Positions 9,076 through 18,115 of a stretch of 56,889 bases of DNA are shown here, piece by piece. Source of the stretch: Oscillospiraceae bacterium (GTDB taxonomy: Bacteria > Bacillota > Clostridia > Oscillospirales > Oscillospiraceae); contig CADCQK010000259.1 of the NCBI GenBank assembly GCA_902803575.1, positions 1 through 56,889 of the forward strand, in the 5' to 3' direction. Position 1 is the stretch's first letter. Each line of letters begins with the position of its first letter. The notes beneath the pieces are model-generated. The model was given only the letters and a program-made list of their open reading frames with translations. It searched no databases and was not told the origin of the DNA. The position numbers were made by a program, and so were the translations under genes.

Positions 9076-10086
9076 ATGACCTTTGACGAAGTTCGGGAAA
9101 GCGCAAAGAAAAACATCTCCAACTGCAAGGCATGTCCGGTCTGCAACGGTCTCGGCTGCGGCAACACCATACCGGGCCCCGGCTCCAAGGCTCCCGGCAA
9201 CGGCGCCAATGTGAACTGGAGCGCGTGGCAGAAGATTGGTCTGAACATGGATGTGTTCGCCCCGGACGGAGCGGTCGACACCGGCTGCGAGCTCTTCGGT
9301 GCGAAGCTGAAGCTCCCGCTGCTGAGCGGCCCCATCGGCTCCCTGACCCAGTACAGCAAGACCGACGTGACGCTGGAATACAACGACGGCGTCATCGAGG
9401 CTGCGGCGAAGTGCGGCTTCATCGACTGCTTCGGAGACGGAGTCACCCCGCAGACGCTCCCCGGCGGTCTCATCAGCATGGAGCACTACCAGGCGGCCGC
9501 CGTCCCGATCCTGAACCCCTTCCCCAATGACGTGATCCTGAAGCACATCGAGAAGATCAACAAATCCTCCGCCGTGGCCGTGGGCGTGGTAGCGGACAGC
9601 GCCGGACTCTCGGTCTGGACCGGCAAGGGGTTAAAATTCGGCTCCAAGACCCCGGATGAGATGAAAGAACTCAGAGCTGCTTCCGAGAAGCCGTTCATCG
9701 TCAAGGGCATTATGACCGCGAAAAACGCCGAGCAGGCTGTGGCGTGCGGCGCGGACGGCATCATCGTCTCCAACCACGGCGGCCGTGTGCTCCCCGGGGC
9801 TCCCGCTACGGCGGAGGTGCTGCCGGAGATTGTCGCGGCAGTCGGCGGCGCAGCGAAGATCATCGTGGACGGCGGCCTTCGCTCCGGATCCGACATACTC
9901 AAAGCCCTGGCCATGGGCGCTGACGCCGTCATGATCTGCCGTCCCTTCCCCGTTGCCTGGTTCGGCGCCGGCGCAGAGGGTGTGACGGTCTATGTGGAGA
10001 AGCTGCGCATGGAGCTGGTGGAGGCCATGTACATGTGCGGCGCCAGAAAGCTCACCGACATTTCCCCCGAAATGGTGCGCGTGTAA
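9076..10086 (+). CDS. FMN-dependent alpha-hydroxy-acid dehydrogenase/oxidase family protein with an N-terminal CxxCxxCxxxxC motif
   Basis: SD GAGGTG lies 6 nt upstream of the ATG at 9076. Contains NCKACPVCNGLGCGN, then TIM-barrel FMN motifs (PFIVKGI, GADGIIVSNHGGR, IIVDGGLRSGSDILKALAMGADAV). Confidence 0.8.
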   Translation: MTFDEVRESAKKNISNCKACPVCNGLGCGNTIPGPGSKAPGNGANVNWSAWQKIGLNMDVFAPDGAVDTGCELFGAKLKLPLLSGPIGSLTQYSKTDVTLEYNDGVIEAAAKCGFIDCFGDGVTPQTLPGGLISMEHYQAAAVPILNPFPNDVILKHIEKINKSSAVAVGVVADSAGLSVWTGKGLKFGSKTPDEMKELRAASEKPFIVKGIMTAKNAEQAVACGADGIIVSNHGGRVLPGAPATAEVLPEIVAAVGGAAKIIVDGGLRSGSDILKALAMGADAVMICRPFPVAWFGAGAEGVTVYVEKLRMELVEAMYMCGARKLTDISPEMVRV

Positions 10087-10187
10087 GAATCACACAAACA
10101 TACGGATTCCCCGGTGTTCTGCACTGGGGAATTCTTAATTTTTGTTTATCATTTCTTCGGCGTTTTCACGATTTTATTTTTGCTTCA

Positions 10188-10216
10188 TTGACAGTCATAT
10201 TCTGTTCCGATATAAT
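10188..10216 (+). promoter_or_regulatory. Perfect-consensus sigma-A promoter (TTGACA-17-TATAAT)
   Basis: TTGACA at 10188-10193, a 17-nt spacer, TATAAT at 10211-10216. Confidence 0.7.
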
Positions 10217-10281
10217 TTATAATAGTGACAAATGTGTTGTTTTTGTAACTATTTGGAAAAAGATGCAAGGAGGAAATGCCA

Positions 10282-13200
10282 ATGAAGTTATTCCGCAAAA
10301 TTCTCGCGCTGGTGATGGTTCTGTGTCTGACCATCCCGCTGTTCGGCGTCCCCGCCGCGGCGGCCGGCGCAAACGATCTTCCCATCGACTTTCAGTTTGA
10401 GGAGGTCAAAGAGTCAGAAGTACCTATGAACGCTGAAAAGCTGTCCTTTGATCCCTTCTCGTCTCTCCAGTGGGACATGAAGCTGATCGGCATGCAGCAG
10501 GCCTGGGATTCCGGTCTCACCGGCAAGGGCGTGCGCGTTGCCATCATCGACTCCGGCGTGTCCAATCTCACGCTGGACATCCCCGGCAGCCGAATCACCA
10601 AGGGTGATAATCTCAGCACCTCCTCCGGTATCTTCGGCTCCACCACGGTGGACATGGAGGGTCACGGTACCTTCATTGCCGGCATCATCGGCGCTGCCAG
10701 AGGCAACGGCGTCAGCATCGCCGGTGTGGCTCCGGAGGTGCAGTTCATCTCCATCAAGACCCTGAGCCGCGACGCCGAGGCGATCCGTGTCGCCGTTGAC
10801 AAATATGACGCCGACGTCATCAACATGAGCATGGGCACACCCTATGACAATCAGGCCCTGCGCGAGGCTGTTCAGTATGCCGCCAGTAAGGGCGTCATCA
10901 TCGTGGCCGCGGTCGGCAACGAGGGCAATGCCCAGCTGCAGTATCCCGCCGCTTACTCCGAGGTCATCGGCGTGGGTGCTGTGGATAAGAACAGCAATGT
11001 CTGCAGCTTCTCCAACAAGAATGACAGCGTTTTCGTCGTTGCACCCGGCGAGAAGGTTCTCAGCCTCGGCCCCGCTCCGCTTCTGGTTTACCGCAGCAGC
11101 GGCACCAGCTTCTCCGCCCCCTTTGTCACCGGTATTGCGGCGCTGCTGAAGCAGGCGCATCCCGAGATGACCGCTTCGGACTTCAAGGCGATCCTTCAGG
11201 CCTCCAGCAAGGATCTGGGCGATGCTGATTACGATACCGCCTACGGTTGGGGTCTGGTTCAGGCTCCCGAAGCCATTCAGGCGGCTGACGAGTATTTCAG
11301 CGCCGAGGCCCAGAATACGGATTCCGGCAAGCCCATCGATCATCAGTATGAGGCGGTTTCCGAGAAGGAAGTCAGCGCGAATGCCCAGAAGCTTTCCTTC
11401 GACGCCTTCTCCTCCCTCCAGTGGGATATGAAGATGATCGGCATGGAGCAGGCCTGGAACTCCGGTCTCACCGGTAAGGGCGTGACCGTCGGCATCGTGG
11501 ACTCCGGTCTGTCCAACCTCACCATGGACATCGACAGAGACCGCATCCTGGAGGGTGTGAATCTCTCCCCCGTAAAGCTGAAATTCGGTTCCCCCGTGAT
11601 GGACACCGAGGGCCACGGCACCTTCATCGCCGGCATCATCGGCGCCAGCAAGGGCAACGGCATCGGCATTGCCGGTGTGGCCCCGGAAGTCACCTTTGCT
11701 CCCATCAAATGCTTTGCCACATTGTTCTCCACGCCTGACGCCGAGATCAGTGGAATCTACGCCGCGGTGGACCAGTATCACTGTGACGTTATCAATCTGA
11801 GTTCCGGAATGACCTCCGATCTGCCCAGAATGAAGCAGGCGATCGATTACGCGATCTCCAAGGGCGCCATCGTCATCAGCACCGTCGGCAACGACGGCGA
11901 CGCCACTTACAACTATCCCGGCGCTTACAGCAACGTCATCGCGGTCGGCTCTGTGGACAAGAACATGAAGGTCAGCGAGTTCTCCAACCAGAACGACAGC
12001 GTGTTCGTAGTCGCTCCCGGAGAGAAGGTCCTCAGCCTCGGCACTCTGCCCTTCACCGTCTACCGCAGCAGCGGCACCAGCTTCTCCGCTCCCTTCGTCA
12101 CCGGCGTTGCCGCTCTACTGAAGCAGGCCCACCCGGAGATGACCCAGGCCGATCTCATGGAGATCCTGAAGGCCTCCGCCAAGGATCTGGGCGACAATGG
12201 CTATGACAGTGCCTACGGCTACGGCCTGCTGGACGCTCCCGCCGCCATCAAGGCAGCCGACGCACACTTCACCAAGACCGATGCTGCCCAGCCCGAGCAG
12301 CCCGCAGAAGTGGAGTTCAACGTTGACGACAGCCTGCCGCTGGATCAGCAGCTCGTCGACGTGAATCTTGGTCAGGTGGACCAGAACGCCGAAAAGCTCT
12401 CCTTCGACCCCTTCTCCCCCCTGCAGTGGGATATGAAGATGGTCGGTATGCGTGAGGGCTGGAAGTCCGGTCTTACCGGCAGCGGTGTCCGTGTCGGCAT
12501 CATCGATTCCGGCGTCTCTCTGAACACCGGCGACATCGACAGCAGCCGTCTGCTCCCCGGCAAGAACCTGGTGAACGCCTCTGAGAATACCGATGACACC
12601 AACGGACACGGCACCTTCATCGCCGGCATCATCGGCGCCACCAAAGGCAACGGTGTCGGCATCGCGGGCGTCGCCCCCAATGTCACCATTGTTCCGCTGA
12701 AAACCTCTACCGACGGTAAATCCGACACCGGGATCAATTCCAGAGCCATTTATGCGGCTGTGGATGAGTTCCACTGTGACGTCATCAACATCAGCATCGG
12801 CTCCATCAGGGGCACCGAGACGCTCCACAATGCCATCAAGTACGCCGAGTCCAAGGGCGTCATCATCGTCTGCTCCACCGGCAACACCGGCACCGAGGAG
12901 ATCCACTATCCCGGCGGCTATGAAGAGACCATCGGCGTCGGCTTCGTGGACATTGCAAAGAAGACCACCTCCTTCTCCAACCACAATGAGACCATTGACG
13001 TTGTAGCTCCCGGCTTCGGCGTCGTCAGCCTCAGCTGCAAGGTGCCCTACATCGCCAAGCTCGGCGCAGGCTCCTCCTACGCGGCTCCCTTCGTGACCGG
13101 TCTGGCTGCCCTGCTGAAGGAGAAGTATCCGGACATGAACAAGACCGACTTCCTGGAGATCCTGAAGATGTCCAGCAAGGATCTGGGCGACAGCGGCTAC

Positions 13201-13872
13201 GACACCACCTACGGCTGGGGTCTGGTCCAGGTTCCCGCCGCCATCCAGGCCGCTGACGCCTACTTCAGCGGCACAGAGGCATCCGAAGGTGAGAAGCTCC
13301 CCGCAGCGGCTTCCCTGATTGAGCGGTTCAAGGATGTACTCAAGAATTCCTGGTTCTACAATGTGATCCAGTACGTCACCGAAAAGGGCTACATGAAGGG
13401 TGTGGATTCCAGCTCCTTCGAGCCCCAGAGCCTGGTGACCCGTGCGCAGATCGCGCAGATCCTCTACAACATTGCCGGCAAGCCGGAGTTCACTCCCGCC
13501 GGCAGCTTCTCCGACGTCTCCAGCAGCGCCTGGTACTACGCGCCCGTCATGTGGGCGGAGCAGGCCGGTCTGGTCAACGGCTATCCGGAAGGAGCCTTTG
13601 GTCCCAACGATCCCGCCACCAGAGAGCAGATGGCTGCGATCCTTCAGCGCTTCGCCCAGTGGAAGGGTCTGAACGCGAATGCCGGCAGCGCCAAGTCTGC
13701 CAGCTTCCAGGACAGCAGCCTGATCTCTGACTGGGCCAGGGGCGCCATGCAGTGGGCCACCAATCTCGGCGTTATGAACGGCGATAACCTCGGCCGCCTG
13801 AATCCCCTCGGCTTCGCGACCCGCGCAGAGGTTGCCTCCATGCTGAAGAACTTCGATCTCAGCGTCAAATAA
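10282..13872 (+). CDS. Secreted S8 (subtilisin-family) protease with three tandem catalytic modules and three C-terminal SLH domains
   Basis: SD AAGGAGG lies 8 nt before the ATG at 10282. Signal peptide MKLFRKILALVMVLCLTIPLFGVPAAAA. The triad motifs IDSG / HGTFIAG / GTSFSAP (GSSYAAP in module 3) occur three times. The C-terminus has three F-x-D-V...W...TR-x-E/Q SLH units. Confidence 0.9.
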   Translation: MKLFRKILALVMVLCLTIPLFGVPAAAAGANDLPIDFQFEEVKESEVPMNAEKLSFDPFSSLQWDMKLIGMQQAWDSGLTGKGVRVAIIDSGVSNLTLDIPGSRITKGDNLSTSSGIFGSTTVDMEGHGTFIAGIIGAARGNGVSIAGVAPEVQFISIKTLSRDAEAIRVAVDKYDADVINMSMGTPYDNQALREAVQYAASKGVIIVAAVGNEGNAQLQYPAAYSEVIGVGAVDKNSNVCSFSNKNDSVFVVAPGEKVLSLGPAPLLVYRSSGTSFSAPFVTGIAALLKQAHPEMTASDFKAILQASSKDLGDADYDTAYGWGLVQAPEAIQAADEYFSAEAQNTDSGKPIDHQYEAVSEKEVSANAQKLSFDAFSSLQWDMKMIGMEQAWNSGLTGKGVTVGIVDSGLSNLTMDIDRDRILEGVNLSPVKLKFGSPVMDTEGHGTFIAGIIGASKGNGIGIAGVAPEVTFAPIKCFATLFSTPDAEISGIYAAVDQYHCDVINLSSGMTSDLPRMKQAIDYAISKGAIVISTVGNDGDATYNYPGAYSNVIAVGSVDKNMKVSEFSNQNDSVFVVAPGEKVLSLGTLPFTVYRSSGTSFSAPFVTGVAALLKQAHPEMTQADLMEILKASAKDLGDNGYDSAYGYGLLDAPAAIKAADAHFTKTDAAQPEQPAEVEFNVDDSLPLDQQLVDVNLGQVDQNAEKLSFDPFSPLQWDMKMVGMREGWKSGLTGSGVRVGIIDSGVSLNTGDIDSSRLLPGKNLVNASENTDDTNGHGTFIAGIIGATKGNGVGIAGVAPNVTIVPLKTSTDGKSDTGINSRAIYAAVDEFHCDVINISIGSIRGTETLHNAIKYAESKGVIIVCSTGNTGTEEIHYPGGYEETIGVGFVDIAKKTTSFSNHNETIDVVAPGFGVVSLSCKVPYIAKLGAGSSYAAPFVTGLAALLKEKYPDMNKTDFLEILKMSSKDLGDSGYDTTYGWGLVQVPAAIQAADAYFSGTEASEGEKLPAAASLIERFKDVLKNSWFYNVIQYVTEKGYMKGVDSSSFEPQSLVTRAQIAQILYNIAGKPEFTPAGSFSDVSSSAWYYAPVMWAEQAGLVNGYPEGAFGPNDPATREQMAAILQRFAQWKGLNANAGSAKSASFQDSSLISDWARGAMQWATNLGVMNGDNLGRLNPLGFATRAEVASMLKNFDLSVK
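10432..11295 (+). repeat. Subtilase module 1 (intragenic duplication)
   Basis: Runs AEKLSFDPFSSLQWDMKLIGM ... AIQAADEYF. Catalytic D92, H130, S278 in track numbering. Confidence 0.85.
11380..12270 (+). repeat. Subtilase module 2
   Basis: Runs NAQKLSFDAFSSLQWDMKMIGM ... AIKAADAHF. Catalytic D409, H447, S602. Shares long near-identical DNA stretches with modules 1 and 3. Confidence 0.85.
12385..13266 (+). repeat. Subtilase module 3
   Basis: Runs NAEKLSFDPFSPLQWDMKMVGM ... AIQAADAYF. Catalytic D744, H778, S934. Confidence 0.85.
13324..13869 (+). repeat. Three SLH (S-layer homology) domains
   Basis: FKDVLKNSWFYNVIQYV...TRAQIAQIL, FSDVSSSAWYYAPVMWA...TREQMAAIL and FQDSSLISDWARGAMQWA...TRAEVASML. 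Confidence 0.8.
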
Positions 13873-13886
13873 GCAAAACCACATAG

Positions 13887-13917
13887 TAAAACTCCACCGG
13901 AAGTCCGGTGGAGTTTT
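13887..13917. terminator. Bidirectional rho-independent terminator
   Basis: AAAACTCCACCGG-AAGT-CCGGTGGAGTTTT. Confidence 0.85.
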
Positions 13918-13929
13918 GCTGTTTATTAT

Positions 13930-14586
13930 TCAATTCAAAGACAAGAGATACGCTTTCAGCTCCGATACGGTGTCCACCACATGCTCTGCCCCGGCAGCTT
14001 CCAGCTCTCCGGGCTCCGGGAAGCCGAAGCGGACGCCGATGCATTTGACGCCGCACTTCGCCGCGCCGAGGACGTCGTATTTCCGGTCTCCGATCATACG
14101 CACCTGTTCGGGGTGCTCCGTGAGACCGAAGTGCTGCATCACATCCGCCACCACCTCGTGTTTTTTCGAGCGGGTGCCGTCAAACTCACTGCCGAGGATG
14201 TAATCGAAATGGTGCACCAGATCATAGTGCTCCAGGATCTTCATGGTGGTGGGCGTGGGCTTTCCGGTACAGACGGACGCCAGGAATCCCGCCTCCCGCA
14301 CAGCGTCCACCAGGTCGATCATTCCCTCGTAGGGCGCGCACTCCAAAAACCCCACGGGCTGGTAGCGCTCCCGGTAGAGCTCCACCGCGTGGTTGGCGGT
14401 CTCGTCGTCGAAGCCGTAGAGCTCCTGAAACATATCATAAAGCGGCGGGCCAATGAACTTTTTCAGATTGCTTTCATCCGTCTCATGGATGCCGAGCTTT
14501 TCCAATGCATAGCGGACGCAGTTCGTGACGCCGAGGCCGGTGTCAAACAACGTACCGTCAAAATCGAACAGCAGCAGCTTTACCAT
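13930..14586 (-). CDS. HAD-IA family phosphatase (phosphoglycolate phosphatase-like)
   Basis: Starts MVKLLLFDFDGTLFDT (DxDGT motif), with a later GDRKYDV motif. SD GAGGTGA upstream. An alternative ATG at 14589 is possible. Confidence 0.8.
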   Translation of the reverse strand: MVKLLLFDFDGTLFDTGLGVTNCVRYALEKLGIHETDESNLKKFIGPPLYDMFQELYGFDDETANHAVELYRERYQPVGFLECAPYEGMIDLVDAVREAGFLASVCTGKPTPTTMKILEHYDLVHHFDYILGSEFDGTRSKKHEVVADVMQHFGLTEHPEQVRMIGDRKYDVLGAAKCGVKCIGVRFGFPEPGELEAAGAEHVVDTVSELKAYLLSLN

Positions 14587-14677
14587 CATTCTCACCTCGG
14601 CTTGATTATACGGGCAGCGGCCGGAATTGTCAAACCCGACAGAATCTGCATAGGATAGCGGGAAATGAGGTGATGGC

Positions 14678-15328
14678 ATGGAGCTGTTTCATGGACCGGT
14701 GACGCTGCCGGGACCATTGAAATACGGAACGGCGGCAGAGCGGCAGGTCAGCCATGGGATCCTTTGGTTTTTGAAGCGGAGCGCGGCGCTCCTGCAGGCG
14801 GCGGGGCTGGTGGACGCCGCCGGAGAGCCCGGATTGGTGCTGACCGAGGATCGAATCGAAGCAAGGAACTTGGGCGAGCAGGCTTCAAACGGGCTGCCGA
14901 AGACGGCGCTCTCCGGCCGGGCAGAGATTGGTTTTTTGCGGAGTTTGACCGTGGATGGGCTGATCGCAAAGTCAATTCCATTTGAAAAAATGATGACTCT
15001 GGAAGACACCTGCGGATTGGGAAACGAGTTTCTCTGTGCCCTGGCACTGAAGGCGCTGGAGAAAGGCCACCGGGTACAGCTCTGCCCTTCCATTTTGGAT
15101 TCTGAAAAGCTGGAGGCCCTGCTGCTGCCGGAGCTGGGGATGGCATGGGTGTCTGACCGGGTCGGCATCCAGGGAGCGACGCTCAGGCTGGATGGGCTTC
15201 CGGATCCGGAGCGGCGGTTCGCGCTGAAAGAAGTGATGGAAAGGGATCAAGAACTCCAGCAGTCTTTGATCCGACAGGCAGAAGCGCAGATGCAGATGGC
15301 AGGAATCCTGTATCAGGTATTCGAATAA
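14678..15328 (+). CDS. Hypothetical protein (possibly a degenerate P-loop ATPase-like fold)
   Basis: Strong SD GAGGTGA at 14667-14673. Composition is not low-complexity, unlike the opposite-strand ORFs. No firm family assignment. Confidence 0.55.
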   Translation: MELFHGPVTLPGPLKYGTAAERQVSHGILWFLKRSAALLQAAGLVDAAGEPGLVLTEDRIEARNLGEQASNGLPKTALSGRAEIGFLRSLTVDGLIAKSIPFEKMMTLEDTCGLGNEFLCALALKALEKGHRVQLCPSILDSEKLEALLLPELGMAWVSDRVGIQGATLRLDGLPDPERRFALKEVMERDQELQQSLIRQAEAQMQMAGILYQVFE

Positions 15329-15434
15329 CCCTCTGGACGCGCCGGTAGGATCCGACGCGTCTTTTGTTTTTCAGAAAACGCCTTGCACCGTTCAGCCGCA
15401 GCGGTTATAATGGTACCATGCATGGGAAAGGCGG

Positions 15435-16163
15435 ATGCTTATGGCATTGTATCGAAAAATACTGAAGAAGCTCGGCAAAGCGCCCTACCGCGCGGCGGTG
15501 ATCGTGGCGGCGGGCTCCTCCACCAGACTGGGGCAGGACAAGCTGACGCTGCAGGTCGGCGGCGCCTCGGTGATCGAGCGGACGCTGACGATCTTTCAGG
15601 TCACGGCCTGCATCGATGAGATCGTATTGGTGACCCGGGCGGATCGGATCGAGGAATTCGCCGCGCTCAGGGATAAGCTGGGCCTCCATAAACTGAGTAA
15701 GGTAGTCGTCGGCGGAAGCACCAGGGCGGAATCCTCCCTCGCAGGTGTGCTGGCGGTCAGCAGCAAGGCAACGGTCATCGGCATCCATGACGCCGCAAGA
15801 CCACTGGTCACACCGGATCTGATCCAGGCCACCTATGAGGCGGCGGAAAAACATCAGGCCGCAGTGCCCACTCTGCCCTTGAAGGACACCGTGAAGGTGC
15901 TGGAGGAAGGTTATCTGGTGAGCACCCCGCCGAGAGAAAGTCTCGCCGCCGTACAGACGCCGCAGGTGTTCCAGGCGGATCTGATCCGCGCTGCGCTGAC
16001 TGAGGCCATCAAAAACAAGCTTCCCATCACCGACGACTGCTCCGCCGTGGAGGCGCTGGACATGAAGATTTTTGCGGTGGAGGGCTCTGAGGAAAACATT
16101 AAGATCACCACCCCGCCGGACGTGCTGCTGGCAGAGGAGATTCTAAGGAGGCGACTGCAATGA
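15435..16163 (+). CDS. ispD: 2-C-methyl-D-erythritol 4-phosphate cytidylyltransferase
   Basis: [34 protein letters not shown] and VQTPQVF motifs. Confidence 0.9.
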   Translation: MLMALYRKILKKLGKAPYRAAVIVAAGSSTRLGQDKLTLQVGGASVIERTLTIFQVTACIDEIVLVTRADRIEEFAALRDKLGLHKLSKVVVGGSTRAESSLAGVLAVSSKATVIGIHDAARPLVTPDLIQATYEAAEKHQAAVPTLPLKDTVKVLEEGYLVSTPPRESLAAVQTPQVFQADLIRAALTEAIKNKLPITDDCSAVEALDMKIFAVEGSEENIKITTPPDVLLAEEILRRRLQ

Positions 16164-16639
16164 TGCGGATCGGACACGGCTATGACGTCCACAAGCTGGT
16201 GGAGGGTCGGAAGCTGATCCTCGGCGGCGTGGAGATCCCCCACACCGTGGGCTTGCTGGGCCACTCGGACGCGGACGTGCTGACCCACGCGCTGATGGAC
16301 GCCCTCCTTGGCGCACTGGCGCTGGGTGATATCGGGCACCTGTTTCCCGACAACGATCCCGCCTATGAGGGTGCTGACAGCATCAAACTGCTCAAAGAAG
16401 TCATGAAGCGGATCCGCGCAGAGGGCTATCGGCTCGGAAACGCGGATGTCACGGTACTGGCCCAGGCCCCGAAGCTGGCGCCGCACATTCTGAATATGCG
16501 AAAAAACCTGGCGGAGGCCATGGAATGTGATCTGAATCAAATCTCCGTGAAGGCCACCACCGAAGAGGGGCTGGGCTTCACCGGAGCAAAAGAAGGCATC
16601 GCCGCCCACGCGGTGGTGCTGCTGGAATCGAGGGACTGA
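16160..16639 (+). CDS. ispF: 2-C-methyl-D-erythritol 2,4-cyclodiphosphate synthase
   Basis: [23 protein letters not shown] and GDIGHLFPD motifs. ATGA overlap with ispD. Confidence 0.95.
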   Translation: MMRIGHGYDVHKLVEGRKLILGGVEIPHTVGLLGHSDADVLTHALMDALLGALALGDIGHLFPDNDPAYEGADSIKLLKEVMKRIRAEGYRLGNADVTVLAQAPKLAPHILNMRKNLAEAMECDLNQISVKATTEEGLGFTGAKEGIAAHAVVLLESRD

Positions 16640-16641
16640 CC

Positions 16642-17283
16642 ATGCGGACACAGGAACAGATCAACGAGATCATCGATTTGCTGGAGCAGGAATATCCGCT
16701 GGCGGAATGCACGCTGGACTACGAAAAGGCTTATGAGCTGCTTTTCGCTGTGCGGCTGGCGGCCCAGTGCACCGACGAGCGGGTGAACCAGGTGACCCCG
16801 GCTCTCTACGAGCGTTTCCCCTCCCTGCAGGCATTCGCCGAAGCGGACGTACAGGAGGTGGAGCAGTACATCCACAGCTGCGGCTTCTTCCGCTCCAAGG
16901 CCAGAGACATCGTCAAGTGTGCTCAGGTGCTGCTGGCAGAGCACGGCGGCATCGTGCCGGACACCATGGAGGCGCTGGTGGCGCTGCCCGGCGTGGGCAG
17001 AAAGACCGCCAACCTGATCCTCGGTGACGTGTACCACAAGCCCGCCATCGTGGTGGACACCCACTGCATCCGATTGACCAACCGGATGGGGCTGGTGGAC
17101 AATCTGAAAGATCCGGTGAAGATCGAGCGGGCGCTGCAGCCCCTGCTGCCGCCCGAGAAGAGCAGCGATTTCTGTCATCGTCTGGTGCTCCACGGCAGAG
17201 CCGTCTGCGATGCAAGAAAGCCGAACTGCGAGGTCTGCTGCGTCAGGCACCTGTGCCAGCAGTTTGAGGGGGAAAGCGCATGA
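16642..17283 (+). CDS. nth: Endonuclease III
   Basis: HhH-GPD motif LPGVGRKTANLILG and a C-terminal 4Fe-4S cluster motif CxxxxxxCxxCxxxxxC. Confidence 0.9.
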   Translation: MRTQEQINEIIDLLEQEYPLAECTLDYEKAYELLFAVRLAAQCTDERVNQVTPALYERFPSLQAFAEADVQEVEQYIHSCGFFRSKARDIVKCAQVLLAEHGGIVPDTMEALVALPGVGRKTANLILGDVYHKPAIVVDTHCIRLTNRMGLVDNLKDPVKIERALQPLLPPEKSSDFCHRLVLHGRAVCDARKPNCEVCCVRHLCQQFEGESA

Positions 17284-17945
17284 GGCCCGTTGCGAGGATC
17301 CGAAGCGATTTCCCCGAAAAATTCGGCATCCCCAGACAGAGCGGCGTGGTGCCGGAGCTGGAGGCGCGGATCGTGTTTGAGCCGGAGTTCCGGGTCATGG
17401 ACGCCGTGCGGGGACTGGAGGATTTCAGCCACATCTGGCTGATCTGGGAGTTTTCCGAGGCGAAGCGGGATTCCTGGAGCCCCACAGTGCGGCCGCCGCG
17501 CCTCGGAGGGAATGTCCGGATGGGCGTCTTTGCGACCCGCTCCCCTTTCAGACCCAATCCCATCGGTCTGAGCTGCGTGAAGCTGCTGTCGGTGGACGAA
17601 GATCCGGAGCTTGGCCCGGTGCTGCGGGTTGCGGGTGCCGATCTGATGGACGGGACGCCGATCTATGACATCAAGCCCTATATTCCCTACGCCGACTGCC
17701 ATCCGGATGCCATGGGCGGGTTTACGACCACCACCGCCATGCCGGAGGTCAACGTGGTGTTCCCGGACGAATTGCTGCAAAAGGTCCCTTCGGACAAGCG
17801 GGACGCGCTCATCGGGGTTTTGAAGCAGGATCCGAGACCCAGGTATCAAAACGATCCCGATCGGATCTACGGTCTCAGCTTTGCCGGGATGGAGGTCAAA
17901 TTCCGGGTCGATGGCAAGCTGCTGACCGTGCTTGAAATCCAATAG
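17280..17945 (+). CDS. trmO: tRNA (t6A37) methyltransferase TrmO (TsaA/YaeB family)
   Basis: FPEKFGIPRQSG, FSHIWLIWEF, VFATRSPFRPNPIGLS and DGTPIYDIKPY motifs. Confidence 0.85.
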   Translation: MRPVARIRSDFPEKFGIPRQSGVVPELEARIVFEPEFRVMDAVRGLEDFSHIWLIWEFSEAKRDSWSPTVRPPRLGGNVRMGVFATRSPFRPNPIGLSCVKLLSVDEDPELGPVLRVAGADLMDGTPIYDIKPYIPYADCHPDAMGGFTTTTAMPEVNVVFPDELLQKVPSDKRDALIGVLKQDPRPRYQNDPDRIYGLSFAGMEVKFRVDGKLLTVLEIQ

Positions 17946-17949
17946 ATGC

Positions 17950-17985
17950 AAAAAGAGTGCAGACTGAATCTGCACTCTTTTTTTA
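17950..17985. terminator. Bidirectional rho-independent terminator
   Basis: AAAA-AGAGTGCAGA-CTGAA-TCTGCACTCT-TTTTTT between convergent genes. Confidence 0.85.
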
Positions 17986-18115
17986 TCGGTCGCTGGGTCT
18001 CGAGGTCTCCGAGCCGAAGATCCAATCATCTAAATCTGTACCCATTTTCTTCACCCCTCCGCAATCAGCATATACACACCAGTATATGCCGCGCATGGGA
18101 AAAAGTTGCATGGAT

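Noticed and set aside
10430-13270. Repeated DNA blocks as a possible CRISPR or satellite array
   Set aside because: The repeats are about 880 bp long, in frame, and encode three paralogous protease modules. This is intragenic domain duplication, not a repeat-spacer array.
15383-15619. 78-aa ORF overlapping the ispD start, and other short GC-rich ORFs rich in R, P, A and G throughout the track
   Set aside because: They are out-of-frame or antisense overlaps with well-supported genes. Their Arg/Pro/Ala-rich composition is typical of non-coding frames in GC-rich DNA.
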